From the NCBI RefSeq assembly GCF_002087085.1, contig NZ_MWQY01000007.1, positions 124,001 to 188,000 on the forward strand: DNA of 64,000 nucleotides, given 5' to 3'. The notes beneath the pieces are model-generated. The model saw nothing but the letters and a program-made list of their open reading frames with translations. It did not search any database and had not been told where the DNA came from. The number at the start of each line of letters is the position of its first letter. The stretch's first letter is position 1. Below, piece after piece: positions 29,302 through 38,100 of the stretch. The position numbers and the translations under genes were made by a program.

Positions 29302-30509
29302 ATTACCTTTCTCTTGATAATTGAACGTATAAGCTCAAGATCTATTGGAATAATATTATTATTCATTTTGGGATCATCGAGACAAGCATCAAACGCGGCA
29401 AAAGAATCTCCTCTACCATTCGGATGGAACTGGCTTACCATTGCGTTTTCAAGACTGTCAAAATCAGAACCCAAACCCAAATCCGAACGAAGCCTTTTAA
29501 TCGCAACTCCTAGCTTTTTTACTGCGTTATTTATATTACTGCCATCCGCAATGCTCAGCTCCCTTGCAATACGAAAGAGTTTATTAGCAACATACTCATT
29601 TTTCGAGTTAATATCATACACAGCGTCAGTAAAGAAAGCACATGCATAACCATGGGGTACATGCCACATTTCAGATAGAACAAATGAAAGTGCATGAATA
29701 GCAGCTGTTCCAGTCTTATCAAATGCTATCCCAGCTAAGTTTGCTCCACACAATAGCGAATATCGCTCGTTTGCTCCAGGATATCGTTCTTTTTCACTAT
29801 CAGCGGCTTCTTTCCAAGCTTTTCGGATACTGTTATATATCCTTATAAACGCTTGTTCTGCGATACTATCAGAAACTGCTGAAGCATTCTTATTCCACAG
29901 AGCCTCTAAAGCATGGGTTAAAGCATCAAAACCAGTGATCGCTACCAAGAAAGCTGGCAAAGAAGAAACAAGCTCTTCGCACAATATGGCTGCATTTGGA
30001 CGCAGGAGATCAGAAGCTAACGTATGTTTTCTACCACATCCTGATGTGTATACACCGAACCTTGTAACCTCTGACCCTGTTCCTGTGGTTGTGGGAACAA
30101 GTACAAGAGGAATCCCATTTTTTAATACTTTTCGTATCGCATCCCTTCCAAGATACTCATCAAGTTTTCCTTGATTGATTAGAAGCATGGCGACAGCCTT
30201 TGCTGAGTCAAGAGTCGAACCGCCACCGATGCCAATAATCAGATTTGGTTTTAATTTCTTTGCAGACTCAACCATTATGTCTATATCTCGGCATTCAGGA
30301 TTAGGTACAATTCTATCTAAAACAGTTATCTCCTTTTCTATTGAAAGTTTATCCAATACTGTTTCTATAACAGGGTCGCTTCTCGGATCTTTGATAATTA
30401 AGATCGGTCCATCATTAGCGTCCAAATATAATAAAACCCGATTAATAACATCCAAAGAAAAAGTCTTTGTTTCGACAATTTGTACTTGACTTGCCAGGAA
30501 TTCGATCAT
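29298..30509 (-). CDS. Iron-containing (group III) alcohol dehydrogenase
   Basis: PNP, GGGSTLD, PTTTGTGSEVT, DALTHALE, HALS, HG. Confidence 0.92.
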   Translation of the reverse strand: MIEFLASQVQIVETKTFSLDVINRVLLYLDANDGPILIIKDPRSDPVIETVLDKLSIEKEITVLDRIVPNPECRDIDIMVESAKKLKPNLIIGIGGGSTLDSAKAVAMLLINQGKLDEYLGRDAIRKVLKNGIPLVLVPTTTGTGSEVTRFGVYTSGCGRKHTLASDLLRPNAAILCEELVSSLPAFLVAITGFDALTHALEALWNKNASAVSDSIAEQAFIRIYNSIRKAWKEAADSEKERYPGANERYSLLCGANLAGIAFDKTGTAAIHALSFVLSEMWHVPHGYACAFFTDAVYDINSKNEYVANKLFRIARELSIADGSNINNAVKKLGVAIKRLRSDLGLGSDFDSLENAMVSQFHPNGRGDSFAAFDACLDDPKMNNNIIPIDLELIRSIIKRKVI

Positions 30510-30518
30510 TAAAGAACC

Positions 30519-31004
30519 CTATCTCATAGTCCTGGTCTCAAGTTCAACAACTTGATTAAAAGCATTAGTAAGGAAATCTTTCTTGAACTCCATTTTCTGA
30601 GTGAAGGATACCGAAAGCCATGCTTCTACTATCTGTGTTGCAAGAAAAGGGGCTGTTATCCACCCTCCCATAGTGATAATATTAGCATTATTAATAATCT
30701 TAGATCGCTCTGCAGCAAAGACCCCATCCACAACACAGGCATAAATCCCTTTATGCTTGTTGGCTACAATTGCCATTCCCTGACCAGTACCGCATATCAG
30801 AATACCTTTATCCGCCTTTCCCTCTTGGATACATTCTGCTACCTTTGGGGCTTGGATGAAATATGGCTGAGGGTGTTCTTCATCCTCTATTCCAAAATCA
30901 ATAATATTAAGGTCATCTTTTTCTTTCAGATAATCCACAACTGCATTCTTAAGAGGAAAGCCGGATAAATCTGACGCAATAGCGATTGTATTTTCCTTTT
31001 TCAC
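30519..31004 (-). CDS. RpiB/LacA/LacB family sugar isomerase (divergent)
   Basis: IASD.SG, CGTGQGM...ANK, NNAN. Confidence 0.88.
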   Translation of the reverse strand: MKKENTIAIASDLSGFPLKNAVVDYLKEKDDLNIIDFGIEDEEHPQPYFIQAPKVAECIQEGKADKGILICGTGQGMAIVANKHKGIYACVVDGVFAAERSKIINNANIITMGGWITAPFLATQIVEAWLSVSFTQKMEFKKDFLTNAFNQVVELETRTMR

Positions 31005-31936
31005 ATAGCACTCCTATGTAGTACCGCCTGTATAATTGATTCATGACTCAAGCCATAATTCATCTTCAACCATTCTTCTGTTCCAACCTGCCCAAATAAA
31101 TCATCAACTCCAATTCTGACTAATGGTACAGATAGTCCATTTTCTGCTATCAACTCTGCAACTGCACTACCTAGTCCATTTTTTTTCTGATGATTCTCGC
31201 AGGTTAGTACAATTTTAGATTCTTTAATCTCTTTAAGTAACAAATCCTCATCAAGAGGTTTTAATGAAAGAACGTCGATCACAGAAACGTGAACCCCTCG
31301 TTCTTCGAGTTCATTGGCAGCCAAAAGAGCCTCGTTCAGCATAATACCACCCAAAGCCAATAAAAGGACTCCTCCTTCTCCACCATTCTTTACTATTTTT
31401 GCTTTACCAATTTCAAAGGTTTCATCTTCTTTATACAGAACAGGTAATTCCTTCCTGTATAGACGAAAATAGACAGGCCCTGGATAATCTATCACAGATC
31501 TCAATAACCCAATGCATGAAACAGGATCTGAAGGTTCAATAACAGGGAGCCCTGGAATTATTCTCATTAATCCCAAATCCTCGAAGGGCATATGGGTTCC
31601 GCCATTAAAGGCCGCAGCCACACCAGGATCTGTGCCAACAAGCTTAACTCCAAGTTTCGCGTAGGCTGCCGATATAAAGAATTGATCAAATACACGTCTT
31701 GATGCAAAGCAGCCAAAGGTATGCGCAAAAGGTATTTTGCCTACAGAAGCAAGGCCTGCAGCAATACCTATCATGTTTGATTCAGCAACTCCGGCATTTA
31801 TTTTTCTATCTGGATAACTATCAGCAAAAGACGCGGTTGCTCCTGCTTTTCCGAGATCAGCATCTAAGAAAACAATGCGTTTATCTTTCTCAGCTGTTTT
31901 AAGAAGTTCATCCATGAAAACAGTTCGCATATCCAT
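31001..31936 (-). CDS. Transketolase, C-terminal subunit
   Basis: DADL, GVAESNM, THMPFED, GPVYFRL, LKPLD, ENH...GLGS. Confidence 0.92.
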   Translation of the reverse strand: MDMRTVFMDELLKTAEKDKRIVFLDADLGKAGATASFADSYPDRKINAGVAESNMIGIAAGLASVGKIPFAHTFGCFASRRVFDQFFISAAYAKLGVKLVGTDPGVAAAFNGGTHMPFEDLGLMRIIPGLPVIEPSDPVSCIGLLRSVIDYPGPVYFRLYRKELPVLYKEDETFEIGKAKIVKNGGEGGVLLLALGGIMLNEALLAANELEERGVHVSVIDVLSLKPLDEDLLLKEIKESKIVLTCENHQKKNGLGSAVAELIAENGLSVPLVRIGVDDLFGQVGTEEWLKMNYGLSHESIIQAVLHRSAM

Positions 31937-31960
31937 AGCTTCTACACTCCTATTCCTCGC

Positions 31961-32791
31961 CTATCTTAGTTCTCTATCTAATGCTTCTAAGGCGTCTTTT
32001 AACTGAGCTGGACTTACTGACATATTATGACTATTAAGATCACCCTCAGCAAATGAGCATCCTTTTCCTTTAATTGTATCAAGGATTATCATAGTAGGCT
32101 TTTCCTTGCTATTTCGTGCAGAGCATATAGCCGAATCAATGAGTTCATGATCATGTCCATCAGCCCTTAGAACATTCCACCCAAAGCTTTGCCATTTTCC
32201 TTCAATATCACCTAGATCCATAACCTCTTGAGTAGGTCCATCAATCTGCATTTTATTGTAATCTGTAAATGCGATAAGTCGTTTGAGCCTGTATTGTGAA
32301 GCAAACATAGCAGCTTCCCAAATTTGTCCTTCGTCAGTCTCACCATCTCCAATAATGCAGTATATCCATCCATTTATCCCATCTATTTTATATCCAAGAG
32401 CCATCCCACAAGCTGCTGACAACCCTTGACCAAGTGAACCTGTAGTCATATCTATTCCAGGGGTTAAATTCCGATCGCAATGGCTGGGCAGCCGAGTTCC
32501 CCCACAATTAAGAGTTAGCAACCACTCCTGCGGGAAAAAACCAACCAGAGAAAGCGTTGCATAAAGAGCCGGTCCAGCGTGTCCCTTCGAAAGTACCAGC
32601 CGGTCACGATCTATTTTTGATGGATTTTGTGGGTCGCAATTTATCCAACGTCCATACAAGACTGCAAGAGCATCAATAATGGACATGGTACCTCCGACAT
32701 GCCCTACCCCAAGATTTCCTATTCCCTGTAAAGCCAACTTCCGTATTTCTGTAGCAAATCTTACAGATTCGCCGATCTCAGTGGCAGTCAC
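31961..32791 (-). CDS. Transketolase, N-terminal (ThDP-binding) subunit
   Basis: GHVGG, LSKGH, TGSLGQG, GDGE...GQIWEA...N, TIKGKG. Confidence 0.93.
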   Translation of the reverse strand: MTATEIGESVRFATEIRKLALQGIGNLGVGHVGGTMSIIDALAVLYGRWINCDPQNPSKIDRDRLVLSKGHAGPALYATLSLVGFFPQEWLLTLNCGGTRLPSHCDRNLTPGIDMTTGSLGQGLSAACGMALGYKIDGINGWIYCIIGDGETDEGQIWEAAMFASQYRLKRLIAFTDYNKMQIDGPTQEVMDLGDIEGKWQSFGWNVLRADGHDHELIDSAICSARNSKEKPTMIILDTIKGKGCSFAEGDLNSHNMSVSPAQLKDALEALDRELR

Positions 32792-32846
32792 CTCAACAAC
32801 TCCTATTTTTATAAGATTCTCATCACTGTAAAGAAACGCTTTCTTT

Positions 32847-33692
32847 TTATTTTATAGCTCCCATCGTCATCCCTCGTATTACATATTTTTGCAGGAAAAT
32901 GAACGCGATGATAATCGGGAGACTAGCAAGGGCTGAAAAAGACATCATTGTGGTCCAATCTGTAACAAATTCAGAAAGTAAACTGTAAATAGCAATAGTT
33001 AAAACCCTGTTGCTCCATGATTCAACAACAATCATCGCAAAAAGGAATTCATTCCAAGCCAAAAGGAATGTATATAAACCTGTACCGACCATTGCAGGGA
33101 AACTAATTCGAATCGTTACGCGCCATAACGCCCCAAGTCGTGTACATCCGTCAACCATTGCCGCTTCCTCAAGCTCGATGGGCAGTTCCTGAAAATAATT
33201 CCTGAGCATTAAAATGGAAAAAGGCAGGCAAAAACTAAGATACACTAGAATAAGAGATAGGAGATTGTCATAAAGACCCAGTTTTACAACGACCTGGAAA
33301 TATGGCAATGACAGCAATACTAACGGGAAGGTCTGAGTAGCAAGGAGAAAAAGGATTAAAGCTCTTTTCCCGCGGAAATTAAATCGTGCAAGACCATATC
33401 CCGATAAACTTCCAAAAAAAAGAGCAAGTAAGGTAACAGTTAAAGAGACAAAATAACTGTTCCAAAAGCATCGTAAATATCTCAAGTTAGTTAAAACTTT
33501 TTTATATGAATCAAATGTGAATTTTTCGGGAATCCATGTCGGTGGAATCTTCAATACTTCAACATTCGGTCGGAAGGAAACAGTGACCATCCATGCAACT
33601 GGAAGTAGAAGGACTATACCAAAAGAGAGGAGTACAGCATAAAGAGTAAGACGGGAGATTTTCCGTTGAACCCTGTAAGATGACTTAATCAT
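32847..33692 (-). CDS. Carbohydrate ABC transporter permease (MalG-like)
   Basis: LEEAAMVDG EAA loop, WNEF. Confidence 0.93.
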   Translation of the reverse strand: MIKSSYRVQRKISRLTLYAVLLSFGIVLLLPVAWMVTVSFRPNVEVLKIPPTWIPEKFTFDSYKKVLTNLRYLRCFWNSYFVSLTVTLLALFFGSLSGYGLARFNFRGKRALILFLLATQTFPLVLLSLPYFQVVVKLGLYDNLLSLILVYLSFCLPFSILMLRNYFQELPIELEEAAMVDGCTRLGALWRVTIRISFPAMVGTGLYTFLLAWNEFLFAMIVVESWSNRVLTIAIYSLLSEFVTDWTTMMSFSALASLPIIIAFIFLQKYVIRGMTMGAIK

Positions 33693-34605
33693 TCCCAGTC
33701 TCTCCTTTTTTTAAATTACGTATATAGAAAGTACTAAATATCAACATTACCAGGAACATTATAACGGCCTCAGCGGCAGCATATCCCCATTTGAGAGATC
33801 GGAAAGCAAGGTTATATATATGAGTAGTCATGACCTCTGAACTATTCATAGGACCGCCGCCTGTCATGGCAAATATGATATCAAAATGTCTAAAAGTCCA
33901 AATTATATCCAATAATCCTACAGTAAACATTGTCCCTTTCAGTGCAGGGATTGTGATGTAAAAGAAACTTTTAATTGGAGATGCCCCATCAATTCTGGCA
34001 GCTTCATACAGCTCATCAGGGATCCCTTGTAATGCAGCCAGTAACATTACCATCGTAAAAGGATAACCTCTCCAGATATTTACTACTGTAACGGATAATA
34101 ACGAAAGATTTGGATTCCCAATCCAGTTGATGCTCTGGCCGCGTCCACTTAGGAGATTAAATGACGTCAGTAAACCATTCAACATTCCGAAAGGGTTATA
34201 TATGAGTATCCAGATCATTGCGGCAACTGTGGGTGCCAAAAGCCAAGGGATTATCAAAAAACCTCTGAACAAACTACGAATATTAGAATTGATATGTTGA
34301 TTTAGGATCAAAGCCAGGCTCAGTCCGATAAGGAAATGAAATATCACACTGTTTATGGTAAAGTAACTTGTCTGTAATAAAGCTTTCCAGAAAACAGGAT
34401 CAGAAAAAAGTTGAATATAATTTGATAATCCGATAAACTCTCTTTCCAGAAGATTCCCTTGAAAAAAACTCAGAACCATTACTTGAATTAGTGGATACAC
34501 TAAAAGTACAAGTAAAATAATAATGCCGGGTAGAACAAAAAAATATGCCTGCATTTTCTTAAGAGTAAAAAATTTATTGCTACGCAAAATGCCTGTTTCG
34601 ACCAT
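33685..34605 (-). CDS. Carbohydrate ABC transporter permease (MalF-like)
   Basis: FIGLSNY, LYEAARIDGA, MTGGGP. Confidence 0.93.
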   Translation of the reverse strand: MVETGILRSNKFFTLKKMQAYFFVLPGIIILLVLLVYPLIQVMVLSFFQGNLLEREFIGLSNYIQLFSDPVFWKALLQTSYFTINSVIFHFLIGLSLALILNQHINSNIRSLFRGFLIIPWLLAPTVAAMIWILIYNPFGMLNGLLTSFNLLSGRGQSINWIGNPNLSLLSVTVVNIWRGYPFTMVMLLAALQGIPDELYEAARIDGASPIKSFFYITIPALKGTMFTVGLLDIIWTFRHFDIIFAMTGGGPMNSSEVMTTHIYNLAFRSLKWGYAAAEAVIMFLVMLIFSTFYIRNLKKGETGND

Positions 34606-34624
34606 AAATCTACCTTCTAATTTA

Positions 34625-34662
34625 CAATATGCGGGACCATAGTCTTACAGCCCCGCATATTG
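34625..34662 (-). promoter_or_regulatory. Intergenic stem-loop between the SBP and permease genes (partial terminator or mRNA stabiliser)
   Basis: 11-bp inverted repeat caatatgcggg (34625-34635) / cccgcatattg (34652-34662). Confidence 0.6.
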
Positions 34663-34671
34663 GCGATCAAT

Positions 34672-35961
34672 TTACTTAGAAATTAGTTCTTCCCATTTTA
34701 TAGCTGCATCATCAAGTGCTTGTTTTGCGCTCTTTTTTCCATCAACAAAGTTCTGCACTTCTATAGTCATGATTCGATTAAGTTCAACCTGGTATGGAAG
34801 ATGAGGAATTGCCATAGCATTCGGAAGTCCCATCTGTTCGATAAAAACTTTCATATATTTATTTTCTTTTACAAAAGGTTTATCGGCTACAATCTTGTTT
34901 CCTGGCAAATCACCTGTTGCTCGACACCAGATTTCTCCGCCTATCGGACCGGAGATAAACTTAACAAGTTCCCAGGCTCCCTCTAATTTCTTTTCATCCT
35001 TTGCCGTACTCGAGGGTATGGCAAACAATGATCCTCGTACTATGGTTCCGTTTGTCTCTCCCCAAGGAAGAGTAGTAATTCCGAAATCCTTATCAGGATT
35101 CAGGTTTTTTTGTATTGCTACTCCCCAAGGGCCTTCAAACATCATAGCTATATTCCCAGCGGCAAAATTCCCACGTTTTTCCTTTTCACCATTCTGAAGA
35201 ATACCCGGAACAGAAGTTTCGCTCTCAACCATCAGTTCCTTATAAAACTCAAGAGCTTTTACACCAGCGTCACTATTAAATACTGGCTTATTGTTTTCAT
35301 CGACGATCTTTGCCCCAGCTTGAAACATGAGAGGGTAGATATCATACGTCATATTCGTAGGAGGTTCTGTTGCAAGAGTTCCGGTGAACGCATACTGGTT
35401 CTTTTCTGGTTTTGTAACCTTTTTAGCTATTTCCGTCAGTTCAGCCCAACTTTTCGGGGGCTGACTGATCCCCTCCCGTGCAAAAATATCCGTATTATAG
35501 TATAGGGCTACACAACCTGCATGCAGAGGTAGAGAATATCGTTTACCCTCAACCTGCATCTTAAACGCATCATAATACTGATCAAGAAAATTGGCCGGTT
35601 CTTCAGCGACAAGAGGGTCTAGAGTAGTTATGATCTTGGACTGTGCAAATTCTCCAACCCAGTCTACCTGAACAAGGATAACTTCCGGTAACTGTTGCGC
35701 CTGCGCTAATGTAACAACCTTGTCATGAAAACCATTAAAAGGATGATCGACAAGGGTCAGAGTGAAGTCTGGATTGGCTTTCTCAAATTCTGCTTTAAGC
35801 TCATCCATAACCTCTTGACCAACTTCTGTTGTTTTCCACTGCATCCATCTGATCTCTGTCTTTCCATCCGCAGTAGCTTCCTGTCCCCCGCCAGCCCAGA
35901 CGTTCCCAATGGCAATCGTAATAATTATTATTACAGCCACAGTTCTGAGTTTTTTCCTCAT
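34672..35961 (-). CDS. Sugar ABC transporter substrate-binding protein
   Basis: Signal peptide ending WAGGGQE; LYYNTD, PPKSW, AMMFEGPW. Start ATG 35961 follows GGGAGG. Confidence 0.92.
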   Translation of the reverse strand: MRKKLRTVAVIIIITIAIGNVWAGGGQEATADGKTEIRWMQWKTTEVGQEVMDELKAEFEKANPDFTLTLVDHPFNGFHDKVVTLAQAQQLPEVILVQVDWVGEFAQSKIITTLDPLVAEEPANFLDQYYDAFKMQVEGKRYSLPLHAGCVALYYNTDIFAREGISQPPKSWAELTEIAKKVTKPEKNQYAFTGTLATEPPTNMTYDIYPLMFQAGAKIVDENNKPVFNSDAGVKALEFYKELMVESETSVPGILQNGEKEKRGNFAAGNIAMMFEGPWGVAIQKNLNPDKDFGITTLPWGETNGTIVRGSLFAIPSSTAKDEKKLEGAWELVKFISGPIGGEIWCRATGDLPGNKIVADKPFVKENKYMKVFIEQMGLPNAMAIPHLPYQVELNRIMTIEVQNFVDGKKSAKQALDDAAIKWEELISK

Positions 35962-36050
35962 GTATGCCTCCCGAACAATTTTTTTTACAATTCTCATAGT
36001 TAAGAACTGCACTGTTAGAAGAATAAACCCAAAATTCTGGATTCACAATT

Positions 36051-36096
36051 GTACCAAAGTACGCAATTGGTACTAATCCATAGAGTACTTAAGTAC
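36051..36096. promoter_or_regulatory. Putative response-regulator operators (GTAC-N4-GTAC twice) in the divergent promoter region
   Basis: gtaccaaagtac (36051-36062), half site ggtact (36069-36074) and perfect palindrome gtacttaagtac (36085-36096). Confidence 0.5.
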
Positions 36097-36121
36097 CTAC
36101 GCAAGAAAATAAGTTACTTTT

Positions 36122-37354
36122 ATGTTGTTCCGTGTTATAAATATTGATGTGAAGAGTGCTTTTTCAGCGGAAAAAGTCATTTGTCTAACCGCGTTATTAG
36201 GCTATTCCGTAGCTGCTTTACTTTTTCTATTCAGTCCACGAATAATACTATTACCAAAATACTGGGTTCAACAGGTACTAGTATTACTCATCATCGATTG
36301 CGGTTTGTCTATGATTCTATACCGGACAAAAAACTCAGTCGGCATAATCTGTATACTCTTATTGGAATACGCAATACTTTTGCTCATTAGTTACCCTGAA
36401 AGTGACGACCTACAGATTGCGACTGTGTTAATGTTCGTTCTTATTAGTGAGTCAAATTTCAAACTAAAAGGCTTTTCAGGATTCTTTCTTTCTGTAATCT
36501 TTATAGGAGTATTCGTAATAAGCCGACCTTCCGAACCTATCTGGTCATCAAACTTTTTTACGCCATCAGCAACGGATTTGATTGCCTTTTGTTTCTTTAG
36601 TCTTTTTACCTCCTCTTTAACAACTCTTCTCCACATGTATCAATCGATAGCAGTGCGAGAAATGCAGACGATTAAACAACTGGAAAATAACATCCATAAA
36701 TTGACAAATGTAAATATCGATTTTCAAGATTATGCAGCGGCAATCGGTTTTCAATCCATTGAAAATGAACGAAAAAGAATCTCACGGGAAATCCATGATA
36801 CAATTGGATATTCCCTTACAAATATAATAATGATGATGGAAGCAGCTTCAGATATTACTCCACAAGATTCTGAAAAGCTCTCATCTCTTATAGAAATCAC
36901 AAGAACCCAGGCTCAGATGAGTCTGCAGGAAACTCGGCGTGCTCTTCGTGAGCTTCGAATAAATGAGCAAGAACAAATTTCTGGACAAAAGGCGATTAAT
37001 AAACTTATTACAATCTTTGAGAAAGTAACAGGTGTTGAGGTTTCAATCGAATATGGAAATATACCATTAGTACTACCAGACGAGGTAAATAGTTTTTTGT
37101 ATAGAATGATTCAGGAAGGGCTAACAAATGCATTTAAGCATGGTAAGGCAACCAGAATCTCAATTTATTTTTGGATGACCGAACAAAAGATTTTATATAT
37201 CCATGTCCGCGATAATGGAATAGGAGACACAGGGGAGATAATTGAAGGAATTGGCATTGCAGGAATGAAGGAACGAGCAGAGAAATTACACGGTAAGGTA
37301 GAAGCGCGGTACGTATTCGATGGTTTCCAGTTATTTGCAGAAATTCCGCTTTAA
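36122..37354 (+). CDS. Membrane sensor histidine kinase (HisKA_3/NarX-like)
   Basis: About six TM helices, ERKRISREIHDTIG, QEGLTNAFKHG, DNGIG, GIAGMKER. True start may be GTG 36149. Confidence 0.92.
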   Translation: MLFRVINIDVKSAFSAEKVICLTALLGYSVAALLFLFSPRIILLPKYWVQQVLVLLIIDCGLSMILYRTKNSVGIICILLLEYAILLLISYPESDDLQIATVLMFVLISESNFKLKGFSGFFLSVIFIGVFVISRPSEPIWSSNFFTPSATDLIAFCFFSLFTSSLTTLLHMYQSIAVREMQTIKQLENNIHKLTNVNIDFQDYAAAIGFQSIENERKRISREIHDTIGYSLTNIIMMMEAASDITPQDSEKLSSLIEITRTQAQMSLQETRRALRELRINEQEQISGQKAINKLITIFEKVTGVEVSIEYGNIPLVLPDEVNSFLYRMIQEGLTNAFKHGKATRISIYFWMTEQKILYIHVRDNGIGDTGEIIEGIGIAGMKERAEKLHGKVEARYVFDGFQLFAEIPL

Positions 37355-37390
37355 TTAAATTGTTAATCAAACTATTAGGGGTGCAATATC

Positions 37391-38086
37391 GTGATGGATT
37401 CTATTCGGGTATTGATGGTCGACGATCAGTTACTTTTTGTTGAGAGTCTGAAGGCAGTAATTGAAACGAGAGCAGATGATATATCCATAGTTGGAATAGC
37501 TAGTGACGGAAATGAAGCAATAACCATGGCCGAGCATTTTCGACCTGATGTTATTCTCATGGATGTGCGTATGCCTTCGTTGGACGGGGTAAAAGCAACC
37601 AGGATTATACATGAAAGATTTCCGGATATCCAGGTAATGATGTTAACAACTTTCGATGATGATGAATATGTTTGCGAAGCTCTTTCCTGTGGGGCAGTCG
37701 GCTATCTTTTGAAAGATATTCCGCCAAGTGAGGTAATTGCATCAATTCGAGCAGTTAAAGAAGGGTCGGTCTTAATTTCTGCTTCAGTAGCATCTAAAAT
37801 CATTCGGATAATTTCTTCTAGTCATATTAAAGAAGAACATGAAAAGAATAGCGAAAAATTACCCGATGAACTAAAAGACCTCAGCCACAGAGAAAGGGAA
37901 GTACTTGTTCTCTTATCAAAAGGTTTGAACAATAAAGAAATTGCTGACCGTCTGTTTTTAGCGGAGCAAAGTGTTAAGAACCTTGTGAGTGTAATTTATT
38001 CAAAAATTGGTACTCATAGCAGGCTTGAAGCTATGCGCATCGTAATGAAGACAAATCTTTTTGATTCCGACCCCGATAACGATTAA
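37391..38086 (+). CDS. NarL/LuxR family response regulator
   Basis: VDDQ, MDVRMP, LTTFDD, LSHREREVL...NKEIA HTH. Confidence 0.95.
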   Translation: MMDSIRVLMVDDQLLFVESLKAVIETRADDISIVGIASDGNEAITMAEHFRPDVILMDVRMPSLDGVKATRIIHERFPDIQVMMLTTFDDDEYVCEALSCGAVGYLLKDIPPSEVIASIRAVKEGSVLISASVASKIIRIISSSHIKEEHEKNSEKLPDELKDLSHREREVLVLLSKGLNNKEIADRLFLAEQSVKNLVSVIYSKIGTHSRLEAMRIVMKTNLFDSDPDND

Positions 38087-38100
38087 CTTAATCCTGGGAA

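Larger units (their letters stand above)
27198..38086. other. AT-rich horizontally acquired sugar-catabolic island
   Basis: Hand counts: line 27121-27180 is 36/60 GC, line 27241-27300 is 20/60 and line 28921-28980 is 11/60. The low GC persists to the end of the response regulator. Confidence 0.85.
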
